Source: Bifidobacterium breve (GTDB taxonomy: Bacteria > Actinomycetota > Actinomycetes > S36-B12 > UBA5976). From it: a DNA stretch of 55,328 nt. The notes beneath the pieces are model-generated. The model was not told where the DNA came from. It saw only the letters and a program-made list of their open reading frames with translations, and made no database searches. Position 1 is the stretch's first letter, and each line of letters opens with the position of its first letter. The position numbers and the translations under genes were made by a program. The stretch covers positions 1 to 55,328 of the forward strand of contig CAMBGF010000002.1 in the NCBI GenBank assembly GCA_945866135.1, written 5' to 3'. Shown piece after piece: positions 47,189 to 55,328 of this stretch.

Positions 47189-48628
47189 ATGAATACTTTG
47201 TCCCCGCATAGCGTTGCAGCAGGTGTGGTTACCTCGGCTGCGCGTGCGATGCCCGATGTCATGGAATTGGCAACTGCATTTAAATCTGCCGGATTTGAGT
47301 TGGCGTTAGTGGGCGGGTCAGTTCGAGATTTAATTCTTGCTAGACCAATCACCGATTTAGATTTCACAACGAACGCAACTCCGCAGCAAATTAATGACAT
47401 TGTGAAGTCTTGGGCAGACACGATCTGGGATGTTGGAATTGCTTTTGGCACAGTAGGTGTGCGGCGAAATGATTTTAAAGCGGAAATAACAACGTATCGC
47501 TGCGAGATTTATCGAGATGAAAGTCGAAAGCCAGAAGTATCTTTCGGGACCACACTTGAAGCAGATTTACTTCGACGCGACTTCACAATCAATGCGCTTG
47601 CAGTTCGCTTACCAGAGCTTGAATTTGTCGACTTGTTTGATGGCGTAAGTGATTTATCCAAGAAGTTGATCCGGACACCACGAGAACCAGAACTTTCATT
47701 CTCTGATGATCCGCTACGCATGATGCGTGCTGCCAGGTTTGCCAGCCAGCTTGGCTTTACCCCAGTTGTAGATTTACTAATTGCCGCTACTGACATGGCG
47801 CAGCGAATAGAAATCGTGTCGGCAGAGCGCATCCGCGACGAATTCAGCAAATTAATTATGGGTGAGTTTCCTACTGTTGGATTAGAAATTCTCGATGGCA
47901 CAAAACTTTCAGAATACCTAATCCCAGAACTGCCGGCGCTGCAGTTGGAAATTGATGAACACCATAAACATAAAGATGTCTACGAGCACAGCTTGATTGT
48001 TTTAGAACAAGCCATAACTTTAGAATCTACGCATCTACCGCAATCGCAGCCAGATTTAGTTTTACGACTAGCAGCACTACTTCATGACATTGGTAAACCA
48101 AAAACTCGGAAATTTGAAGCAGGCGGTGGCGTGAGCTTTCACCACCATGAAGTGGTTGGCGCAAAAATTGCTCGCAAACGCTTGATCGCAATGCGTTACC
48201 CAACCGAAATTGTGGATGCAGTCTGCCAACTTACTGAGTTGCATCTGCGCTTCCATGGCTACGGACAAGGTCAATGGACTGATTCCGCAGTTCGCCGGTA
48301 TGTCCGAGACGCGGGAGAGCATCTAGTTAGATTGCATAAACTTACGCGCGCAGACTGCACTACCAGAAATGCCAGGCGGGCAGCAATACTGGCTGCAACA
48401 TATGATGATTTGGAACAGCGCATCGCAGTGCTAAGCGAACAAGAGGAACTCAATTCCATTCGTCCAGATCTCGACGGCAACGACATCATGGAAATCTTGC
48501 AAGTCCCAGCCGGACCAATTGTCGGCGCAGCATATAACTACTTACTTGAAGTTCGCCTGGATCAAGGTCCAATTACTCGCGAGGCAGCAATTGAACAACT
48601 ATTAACTTGGTGGAAAAGCCAAAAATAG
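47189..48628 (+). CDS. cca: CCA-adding tRNA nucleotidyltransferase / poly(A) polymerase family with HD domain
   Basis: Head-domain motif GGSVRD…DLDF and HD domain (HHKHKDVYEHS…LHDIGKP). ATG at 47189. The longer ORF in the track overlaps the divergent upstream gene. Confidence 0.9.
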   Translation: MNTLSPHSVAAGVVTSAARAMPDVMELATAFKSAGFELALVGGSVRDLILARPITDLDFTTNATPQQINDIVKSWADTIWDVGIAFGTVGVRRNDFKAEITTYRCEIYRDESRKPEVSFGTTLEADLLRRDFTINALAVRLPELEFVDLFDGVSDLSKKLIRTPREPELSFSDDPLRMMRAARFASQLGFTPVVDLLIAATDMAQRIEIVSAERIRDEFSKLIMGEFPTVGLEILDGTKLSEYLIPELPALQLEIDEHHKHKDVYEHSLIVLEQAITLESTHLPQSQPDLVLRLAALLHDIGKPKTRKFEAGGGVSFHHHEVVGAKIARKRLIAMRYPTEIVDAVCQLTELHLRFHGYGQGQWTDSAVRRYVRDAGEHLVRLHKLTRADCTTRNARRAAILAATYDDLEQRIAVLSEQEELNSIRPDLDGNDIMEILQVPAGPIVGAAYNYLLEVRLDQGPITREAAIEQLLTWWKSQK

Positions 48629-48630
48629 TT

Positions 48631-49968
48631 TTAAGCCGCAGATTTACGATATTTAGTGAAGAGAAATAGCGACAACCCAGTACTCAGGCTGAGCAAAATA
48701 ACAGAGTAACTTCCGCCGATGTTCACATTTTCTCTGGCAGCTTCGATCAGCGAGTACGTCGTTATTCCAATAACTAAAGCCACGTTTATCATCATGTCAA
48801 AAATAGAGAACACTCGACCACGATGGGCATCATCGATACTGCGTTGAATTGTGGTGTCGGCATTTATCTTAAGTAATTGCCCAGCAAAACCTAAAGTGGC
48901 TGCTGCTATCCAGATAGCTGTCAGCGTTCCAATTTGATATCCAATAAATGTCACAACCGCACTGGTAGCCACTGCAACTGACATCGCAGCAATTAAATGT
49001 ACCTGTCGATGTGGTTTTATTACCTTTGTTCCAACCGTTTCATCGGTCTTATCACTTAATAAGAAAGTACTCAAGATTGCTGCCGTGAAGGCGCCCAATG
49101 CGGCGGCGCCAGCAACCAAACCAAAATCAAGCACTGCCAGATCTGCTGTGGCATTGGTGTGCCACGAGTTGCGAGAGAGCAACAGAACATGGACCGTCAG
49201 TGCGCCAAAGGCCCAGCGCTGAAAAGCAACAGCAAACATGCTGCTTATGACTCGACCTGAGCGAGCCATGTATTGGAAGCCAGCAACGAGACCCGCTAGA
49301 GCGTTTCTTAGTTCGTCACGCATTGCCGATTCAACAATGTCTGGCCCGAGAATATGCTTTGGTTTAATTCGCGTTGCAATTAGCGCAGCGATACCTGCGC
49401 ATAATGCGCCAAGCACAACCAAGCTCGCATTAATTGTGTCTGAGTTTGAAAAGACACTCTGCGTCGCAATTCCAAACGCAGCAGCCAGTGCAGCAGCAGT
49501 GGTTCCAAGCGTTGGAAACAAAGCATTTGCAGGGACTAAGTCCTCACCCCTAACAACGTGTGGCAATGATGCCGACAATGAAGCTTGCACGAATCTATTA
49601 ACCCCAAGACTGACCAGCACCAAAACGGCGAGTAAGGAATTTGGCGAATGGCCGGTAATCACAACCGCAATTGCGAGCATGGTTACGATTCGAACTAAAT
49701 TCGCTCGAAGCAAGATAGTGCGCCGCGACCAACGATCAATTAATACGCCCACAAAAGGTCCGATTACTGAATATGGAAGCAGAAGAATTCCAAAAGCTAA
49801 TGCGATCTTTCGAGGATCTGACTCTCGCTGGGGTGAGAACAAAACAAATGTGGCAAGCGCCGTTTGCAATAAACCATCGCCAGCTTGGCCAAAGATTCGT
49901 ACGCCAAGTAGCTCCCGCGCATTTGGATGGCGGATAAAGGAAACAGCGCGAAGGCCGGGCACTCTCAC
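48631..49968 (-). CDS. MFS transporter
   Basis: 445 aa with about 12 TM helices and an MFS-like loop motif (…DRWSRRTILL…). Confidence 0.8.
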   Translation of the reverse strand: MRVPGLRAVSFIRHPNARELLGVRIFGQAGDGLLQTALATFVLFSPQRESDPRKIALAFGILLLPYSVIGPFVGVLIDRWSRRTILLRANLVRIVTMLAIAVVITGHSPNSLLAVLVLVSLGVNRFVQASLSASLPHVVRGEDLVPANALFPTLGTTAAALAAAFGIATQSVFSNSDTINASLVVLGALCAGIAALIATRIKPKHILGPDIVESAMRDELRNALAGLVAGFQYMARSGRVISSMFAVAFQRWAFGALTVHVLLLSRNSWHTNATADLAVLDFGLVAGAAALGAFTAAILSTFLLSDKTDETVGTKVIKPHRQVHLIAAMSVAVATSAVVTFIGYQIGTLTAIWIAAATLGFAGQLLKINADTTIQRSIDDAHRGRVFSIFDMMINVALVIGITTYSLIEAARENVNIGGSYSVILLSLSTGLSLFLFTKYRKSAA

Positions 49969-50017
49969 TTAAGTCACGCTACCGCGAACCCAAAGAAATG
50001 TCGGTCTCTAGCAAATT

Positions 50018-50058
50018 AAAAAACCTGTGGGCCACCAGTTCAACTGGTGGCCCACAGG
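50018..50058 (-). terminator. Rho-independent terminator of ino1
   Basis: Perfect 15-bp stem CCTGTGGGCCACCAG/CTGGTGGCCCACAGG with a 5-nt loop. It is followed on the minus strand by TTTTTT and lies 56 nt after the ino1 stop. Confidence 0.85.
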
Positions 50059-50113
50059 TTAGGAGGCTGCTTTTGTTCGTTCTAAACAATTAGCATCGAG
50101 GTTCTAGTTCTAA

Positions 50114-51184
50114 CTAGATACCCGCAATAAAATCTTCCACTTCTTGGCGACACTTAGTATCGTCATATTGAACTGGTGGACTCTTCATAAAGTAACTTGA
50201 GGCACTCAAGATTGGTCCACCAAGACCGCGATCCAGCGCAATCTTGCAAGCACGAATCGCATCAATGATTACACCAGCTGAGTTAGGGGAGTCCCAAACT
50301 TCAAGTTTGTATTCCAAACTGAGCGGCACATCACCAAATGCTCGACCTTCAAGGCGGACAAAAGCCCACTTGCGATCATCTAGCCAAGCCACGTAATCAC
50401 TTGGACCAATGTGAACATTGCGAGGATCAATCTTGTCGCGCAATTGCGAGGTAACCGATTGGGTTTTAGAAATCTTCTTTGACTCTAAGCGATCGCGTTC
50501 CAACATGTTCATGAAGTCCATGTTGCCGCCAACGTTCAATTGATAGGTACGGTCAACTGTCACACCGCGATCTTCAAATAGTTTGGCAAGCACTCGGTGC
50601 GTGATTGTTGCGCCTACTTGACTCTTAATGTCATCACCAACAATTGGAACACCAGCCGCTGTGAATTTGTCAGCCCATTCCTTGGTGCCAGCTATGAAAA
50701 CTGGAAGTGCATTAACAAAGCCAGCGCCAGCGTCAATTGCGCACTGAGCGTAAAATTTTGCTGCCTCTTCAGAACCAACTGGCAAGTAGCAAACGAGTAC
50801 ATCCACTTTTGCATCCTTAAGAGCTTGCACGACATCAACCGGTGCATCATCAGATTCCACAACCATGTCACGGTAGTACTTACCTAGACCGTCGTAGGTA
50901 TGCCCACGCAAAACAGTTATACCTGTTAATGGCACTTCTGAGAATTTGATGGTGTTGTTTTCACTTGCAAAAATTGCAGACGAAAGATCTTCACCAACTT
51001 TCTTGGCATCGACATCAAATGCAACAACGAACTTCACATCGCGGACGTGGTAGTCCCCGAATTGAACGTGCATAAGTCCTGGAACTTGCGCTTTTGGATC
51101 GGCGTCTTTGTAGTACTCAACGCCTTGTACCAACGATGAAGCGCAGTTACCTACGCCAACAATCGCTACTCTTACTTCACTCAC
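50114..51184 (-). CDS. ino1: myo-Inositol-1-phosphate synthase
   Basis: NAD-binding N-terminus [18 protein letters not shown] and strong family similarity throughout. The GTG at 51184 is preceded by AGGAGG at 6-nt spacing. The 50-codon extension in the track overlaps the PadR gene and is rejected. Confidence 0.93.
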   Translation of the reverse strand: MSEVRVAIVGVGNCASSLVQGVEYYKDADPKAQVPGLMHVQFGDYHVRDVKFVVAFDVDAKKVGEDLSSAIFASENNTIKFSEVPLTGITVLRGHTYDGLGKYYRDMVVESDDAPVDVVQALKDAKVDVLVCYLPVGSEEAAKFYAQCAIDAGAGFVNALPVFIAGTKEWADKFTAAGVPIVGDDIKSQVGATITHRVLAKLFEDRGVTVDRTYQLNVGGNMDFMNMLERDRLESKKISKTQSVTSQLRDKIDPRNVHIGPSDYVAWLDDRKWAFVRLEGRAFGDVPLSLEYKLEVWDSPNSAGVIIDAIRACKIALDRGLGGPILSASSYFMKSPPVQYDDTKCRQEVEDFIAGI

Positions 51185-51230
51185 TGTGTGCCTCCTAGTT
51201 GTCAGTGAATATTTCTTACTTTCGTTCCTC

Positions 51231-51821
51231 TTACTTGTTGTTACCTTGCGCGGAGCCAGATTCGCCACTGTTTGTGGCGCGACCTGTTTGTTCGCGTGAG
51301 ATAAGTTCATTGAGCCAACGCACTTCACGTTCAAGTGCTTCTAAGCCATGTTGTTGAAGTTCTAAAGTGTATGAATCCAAACGCTCTCGGCCTTTGGATA
51401 AATTAGTTTGCAAATTAGCTAGTCGATCTTCTAATCTGCTGCGCCGGCCTTGCAAAATATGAATTCGGGTATTCACTTCAGTTTGCCCAAATAGCGACAT
51501 CCGAATTGCAAAAGTGTCGTCATCCCACGCGCCAGGTCCACTGTCAGCAACTAGTGAGTTGAAGTGCGCAACTCCACTAGGAGTCAGGGCATAAGTAATT
51601 CGAGTCCGTTTCGGGTATTTACCTGTGCCAATTTCATCTTGCTCAACCAACAAGTCACGGGCCACAAGATCTTTCAAAGTTGGGTAAAGCGCGCCATAGG
51701 AAATAGTGCTAAAAAGTCCCAGAACTGAAATCAAACGCCTGCGAAGTTCATATCCGTGCTGCGGTGTCTGCGCCAAAACCCCAAGGATTGCCAGCTCTAG
51801 CGCAGCAGATCTTTTGGCCAT
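51231..51821 (-). CDS. PadR-family transcriptional regulator
   Basis: Winged-helix N-terminus [21 protein letters not shown]…YPTLKDL plus a C-terminal coiled-coil domain. ATG at 51821. The PadR-ino1 order matches Rv0047c-Rv0046c. Confidence 0.88.
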   Translation of the reverse strand: MAKRSAALELAILGVLAQTPQHGYELRRRLISVLGLFSTISYGALYPTLKDLVARDLLVEQDEIGTGKYPKRTRITYALTPSGVAHFNSLVADSGPGAWDDDTFAIRMSLFGQTEVNTRIHILQGRRSRLEDRLANLQTNLSKGRERLDSYTLELQQHGLEALEREVRWLNELISREQTGRATNSGESGSAQGNNK

Positions 51822-51852
51822 GACTGAAAAACCCCAAATAATAGAAAAATTT

Positions 51853-51873
51853 GATGTATCAAACTGATACATC
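51853..51873. promoter_or_regulatory. Inverted repeat GATGTATC-N5-GATACATC upstream of the PadR gene (candidate autoregulatory operator)
   Basis: Perfect 8-bp arms, 32-52 nt upstream of the PadR ATG. It contains ATGT…ACAT half-sites reminiscent of PadR operators, but with non-canonical spacing. Confidence 0.4.
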
Positions 51874-51969
51874 TTTAGGATACAGTCCAAACAGGTTATG
51901 GCAATACCTGGGGCAACCTTTGGAGTTTGCCTTGATTATCGGCGCTTTAAATGGGTTTAAGGTGGTCAA

Positions 51970-52479
51970 ATGAGCCGGCCAGGATCCCACCAAAGTATTT
52001 CGGGAATTCGCGCTAGTTCAGTTAGCGCTAAACCGCCGAACCCAATCGCCCATCCTGGCGAAGATATCGCAGACCCAGTTAGGCCTCGTCAGATTTTGGA
52101 CTACGTGCTGGCTCGTCGCTCGGTTTTAGAGCAGATCAAACATGATGCACTTTTACGCGAGCAGGTATGTGACGCAGATCCATATCTAATTAGGGCGGCT
52201 AAGAATCACGGAGAAACTACCGAGCGTACCTGCCCAATGTGCACAAAGAGTGAACTAGTGCATGTTAATTACACCTTCGGTGATGACTTAGGTTATTTGT
52301 CGGGCCGAGTTAAATCTTCAACCGAGCTAAAATCAATGGCTTATGAGTACGGTCATTTTCGAGTTTATGTAGTGGAAGCTTGCACCTCATGTGGCTGGAA
52401 TCACTTACACATGTCATATGTATTAGGTGATGGCTCGCCCCGTACTCCACCGCGTGAGCCCAGGGATGTGCTGAAATAG
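51970..52479 (+). CDS. Conserved zinc-ribbon-like protein (DUF5318-like, Rv0049 position)
   Basis: Cys pairs CPMC…CTSCGW. It lies divergent from PadR and immediately upstream of a class A PBP, as in mycobacteria. The start is uncertain. Confidence 0.65.
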   Translation: MSRPGSHQSISGIRASSVSAKPPNPIAHPGEDIADPVRPRQILDYVLARRSVLEQIKHDALLREQVCDADPYLIRAAKNHGETTERTCPMCTKSELVHVNYTFGDDLGYLSGRVKSSTELKSMAYEYGHFRVYVVEACTSCGWNHLHMSYVLGDGSPRTPPREPRDVLK

Positions 52480-52483
52480 ATGA

Positions 52484-54649
52484 GTGGCAAATAAATCACG
52501 CAAACCTAAGCGAAAACTTCGACGACTCTTGCCGTCATTTCGGCAATTGTTTGTACTAGCGCTGGGTGGATTTGGACTAGCTGTTCTGGCACTTTCCGTT
52601 TCGGTGCGAGCAGCAGCAGTCCCAACGCCAAGTGAAATCTCCGTTGCCCAAACTTCGATCCTTTACTACGACGATGGCGTCACTGAACTTGGTCGACTTG
52701 GCGAAGCTAACCGGGTATCGGTCAACCTGGATCAGATTCCGTTACTTAGCCAGCAAGCAATATTGGCGGCCGAAGATCGCGATTTTTATAATCATGGTGG
52801 GTTTTCTATCCGCGGAATCTCACGCGCAATTTTTACAAATTTAATTGGCGCATCTGGAGCTGGTGGTGGCTCAACCATCACGCAACAATATGCAAAGAAT
52901 GCATATCTAACGCAAGAGCGAACGTTATCGAGAAAATATAAAGAACTTGTACTTTCAATAAAACTCGAAACGATTGTAGCTAAAGACCAAATACTTAATG
53001 ATTACTTGAACACCATTTATTTCGGTCGCGGCTCTTATGGAATTGCAACAGCAGCTAATCAATATTTCGATAAAAATGTTGTGGAATTAAATCTTTCCGA
53101 ATCCGCATTGCTAGCAGCCATAATCCAAGCTCCAAATGGGTTATCTCCAGAAGATAATCTGGAGCGCTTAACTAATCGCTGGAATTATGTTTTGGATGGC
53201 ATGGCAACACAAGGTTGGATTACTGCAGATGAAAGAAGCAATGTGCAGTTCCCAACAATCGTGCCTAGCAAAGCCGCAAATACTTTTGGTGGTCCACAAG
53301 GACATCTGATTGAACAAGTGCGGCAAACTATGTTTGAAATTGGAATTACTGAAGACCAAATAAATTTGTCAGGTTTGCGAGTCATAACAACGTTTAACAA
53401 AGTTGCCCAAGATGCATTGTTTGCAGCGGTGTTGGAAGAAGGACCAACTGAAAATATTGAAGGACTACGAATAGGAGTCGCCTCAGTACGTCCCGAAACT
53501 GGTGAAGTTGTTGCAATTTATGGTGGAGCAGATTATTTAGTAAACCAATTTAATAACGCTACCCAGATGATTGGACAGGCTGGCTCAACTTTCAAACCAT
53601 TTACTTTGGCAGCGGCGCTTGAAAACAATGTAACCCTCGCTTCAACATTCAGTGGAATGAATAAAACCATGGTAGATAACTACGAAGTAATTAACTACGG
53701 TGACAAATCTTATGGCGAACAAATTACCTTGCTAAGTGCCACAGAGAATTCCGTTAACTCTGCTTACGTCGAGTTAGCGAATTTAGTTGGGCGAGAGATA
53801 GTTTTTGAAGCTGCCAAGCGCGCAGGTATCCCAGCTGACACAGTTGGTATGGAACCAAATCTGGCATTCACTCTCGGTACGACCAGCCCAAATGTTGTTG
53901 ACATCGCAGCTGCGTATGCCACATTTGCTTCGCGTGGATTACAAGTCTCTCCCTCATATATAGTTTCAGTCACCGCAAGTAGCGGTGAAGTGATTTTTAA
54001 ACTTTCGCCTAAACCAGTGCAGGCGTTTAGTACTGACATCGCGGACACTGTGAACTACGCCTTACAAAGTGTTGTGACATCCGGAACAGGTAAAGCAGCT
54101 AAAGCGCTTGGCCGCCCAGTTGCTGGAAAAACTGGAACGACAAATGAAAATAAATCAGCGCTCTTTGCGGGTTACACCCCAGAGTTAGCAACCGCTGTGA
54201 TGTTTGTAAAAGACGGACCCGATGGTCAACCAATGAGTCTGGCTGGAACGGGTGGGCTAACTAAAGTAACTGGTGGCTCGTACCCAGCCCGAATTTTTAC
54301 TGCATATATGAAAGGTGCACTTGCTGACAAACCAGTGATGAATTTCGCACCTTTGCCAACAGGTGCGCAAAATGGCGCAAACCCAACGAGCAGCCCAGCC
54401 ATACTTCCATCAGGCGAGCCAGTAATTGAAGCGCCGGTAGTAACCACAGTTGCAGTTCCAGATCTGATGGGGAAATCTATCTCCCAAGCACTCGTCCTGT
54501 TATCTGGCGCCAATTTAATGGGCAATTTTGTAATGAGTGATGGCACGACTCTGCCAGCAAATACCACAGCATTAATAGTTGTGAGTCAAAGCCTGGTAGC
54601 TAATTCTGCTGTTCCTGCTGGCACCACAATAATAATTTTAGTTAAGTAA
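52484..54649 (+). CDS. Class A penicillin-binding protein with C-terminal PASTA-like domain
   Basis: GT51 motifs EDRDFYNHGGFS and GGSTITQQY. Transpeptidase motifs STFK, SVN and KTGTT. The C-terminal segment VPDLMGKSISQALVLLSGANL…VVSQS…VPAGTTIIILVK resembles a PASTA repeat. Confidence 0.9.
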   Translation: MANKSRKPKRKLRRLLPSFRQLFVLALGGFGLAVLALSVSVRAAAVPTPSEISVAQTSILYYDDGVTELGRLGEANRVSVNLDQIPLLSQQAILAAEDRDFYNHGGFSIRGISRAIFTNLIGASGAGGGSTITQQYAKNAYLTQERTLSRKYKELVLSIKLETIVAKDQILNDYLNTIYFGRGSYGIATAANQYFDKNVVELNLSESALLAAIIQAPNGLSPEDNLERLTNRWNYVLDGMATQGWITADERSNVQFPTIVPSKAANTFGGPQGHLIEQVRQTMFEIGITEDQINLSGLRVITTFNKVAQDALFAAVLEEGPTENIEGLRIGVASVRPETGEVVAIYGGADYLVNQFNNATQMIGQAGSTFKPFTLAAALENNVTLASTFSGMNKTMVDNYEVINYGDKSYGEQITLLSATENSVNSAYVELANLVGREIVFEAAKRAGIPADTVGMEPNLAFTLGTTSPNVVDIAAAYATFASRGLQVSPSYIVSVTASSGEVIFKLSPKPVQAFSTDIADTVNYALQSVVTSGTGKAAKALGRPVAGKTGTTNENKSALFAGYTPELATAVMFVKDGPDGQPMSLAGTGGLTKVTGGSYPARIFTAYMKGALADKPVMNFAPLPTGAQNGANPTSSPAILPSGEPVIEAPVVTTVAVPDLMGKSISQALVLLSGANLMGNFVMSDGTTLPANTTALIVVSQSLVANSAVPAGTTIIILVK

Positions 54650-54666
54650 ACAGTTTCTAGTTCTAA

Positions 54667-55328
54667 TTAATCAAGACCAAGTACTTGATCAAAAACTGTA
54701 GTTGTATTTCTAACATTACAAACTAATTCGTCACCGACTTTGTCAGATGAATCATTTGCCCACAGCAGTGAAACATGCATATGAGGTGGTTCAGCGAATG
54801 TCAGGTTACGCCCACGAACACTAAATGGTGAGCGCACTTTTCCAAAAGCTTGGGTAAATCCTTCTGCAACTGCAATACCTCGTTTTCGAAAACTCGATCT
54901 TGGTGTTGGCGCAGCAAGTGCGACACCATGCGAAGTTCCGCCACTCACAACAATTAGGCGGCCATGTCCGTTAGTTGCAACTTGCTGATACCCGACTTGG
55001 GATGTGTTAGCGAGATCATGAATTTCCAAAATAGTTCCGCTGACGCTAAGTGCTGCTGGCGCACCTAGCCACAATGAAGTTCCAACGCGTAAATCAAAAT
55101 TCATTGCGAAGTTATAGCGGACACACATTTCTTTTAAGGATTCGATATCTTTACTTTCAACATGCGACAAGCTGAAGTGCATGGGAAAGTTTTGGGAAGA
55201 TGCAACTTCTTGGTACTTACCAATCCAGTCCCAAATTTCTAACACTTTTCCAGACAACTTGTTGCTATTAACCGCGCTGGAAACTTCTGCAGTAGCACCA
55301 GTTATTTTCTTAGAATCGGCGATTGGTA
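54667..55328 (-). CDS. Hypothetical protein, probably partial (frame open to the right window edge)
   Basis: The track starts it at a TTG (55257), but the frame stays open through 55326 (…PIADSKKITGATAEVSSAVNSNK-L-SGKV…). No family recognised. Confidence 0.5.
   Translation of the reverse strand, partial: PIADSKKITGATAEVSSAVNSNKLSGKVLEIWDWIGKYQEVASSQNFPMHFSLSHVESKDIESLKEMCVRYNFAMNFDLRVGTSLWLGAPAALSVSGTILEIHDLANTSQVGYQQVATNGHGRLIVVSGGTSHGVALAAPTPRSSFRKRGIAVAEGFTQAFGKVRSPFSVRGRNLTFAEPPHMHVSLLWANDSSDKVGDELVCNVRNTTTVFDQVLGLD

Noticed and set aside
50102-50113. The 12-mer TTCTAGTTCTAA occurs immediately after the stop codons of two minus-strand genes (50102-50113 after ino1 and 54655-54666 after the last ORF). 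A related CCCTAGTTCTT occurs at 593-603 and 34469-34479.
   Set aside because: For 55 kb, tens of repeated 12-mers are expected by chance (about 1.5e9 position pairs times 4^-12). The contexts otherwise differ and no extended repeat or structure is shared. It might still merit a genome-wide count.
1-55328. Window-wide search for CRISPR arrays, restriction-modification, toxin-antitoxin, abortive-infection or other defence modules, mobile elements, and biosynthetic gene clusters.
   Set aside because: None found. Every ORF over 100 aa except four (1-471, 5782-6576, 45146-47128 and 54667-55328) has a recognisable housekeeping family. There are no regularly spaced repeats other than the DnaA boxes and parS sites.

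Overview
This window is the chromosomal replication-origin region of an actinobacterium. The evidence is classic Actinomycetota synteny: dnaA-dnaN-recF-dciA(DUF721)-gyrB-gyrA-DUF3566-tRNA-Ile-(DLW-39)-tRNA-Ala on the minus strand, diverging from rpmH-rnpA-yidD-yidC-jag-rsmG-parA-parB on the plus strand. The cell-wall block cwlM-trxA-trxB-pseudokinase-murJ-Rv3909-like, then cca, lies to the right. The left 15 kb holds a Gram-positive Tad/Flp pilus operon followed by acs, nhaA, marP, a NUDIX gene, nth, crp, ridA and whiB. Two class A PBPs, ino1/PadR, dnaB and a few metabolic or signalling genes fill the rest. Coding density is very high, with many 1-4 nt start/stop overlaps and convergent genes 2-17 nt apart or overlapping. 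No transposase, integrase, CRISPR array, rRNA or recognisable defence or toxin gene was seen. The moderate base composition (judged by eye, not computed) and the compaction suggest a streamlined lineage such as freshwater Nanopelagicales-like actinobacteria; this is inference only. RNA genes and cis elements I could read directly are three tRNAs (Arg-ACG, Ala-TGC, Ile-GAT), an oriC DnaA-box cluster between dnaN and dnaA, a second box cluster upstream of dnaA, three parS sites and three hairpin terminators. I also read several CDSs missing from the ORF track: rpmH, a DLW-39-like 37-aa ORF, a DUF4177-like 51-aa ORF and two edge-truncated ORFs. Several track ORFs are over-extended at the 5' end (acs, crp, dnaB, dnaA, parA, trxA, cca, ino1, PadR, tadC), and I give start sites supported by ribosome-binding sites. 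I do not see a convincing undescribed multi-gene system here. The most check-worthy items are an aminotransferase/PP2C-phosphatase/aminotransferase string coupled behind dnaB, a Tad operon without a peptidase that ends in a STAS gene, and a stand-alone pseudokinase next to murJ. Also worth checking are an oriC-type DnaA box in the dnaB leader, a basic low-complexity insert in ParB just after an intragenic parS, a possible degenerate-Fic/holin-like gene pair, and twin 16-bp palindromes near tRNA-Arg.
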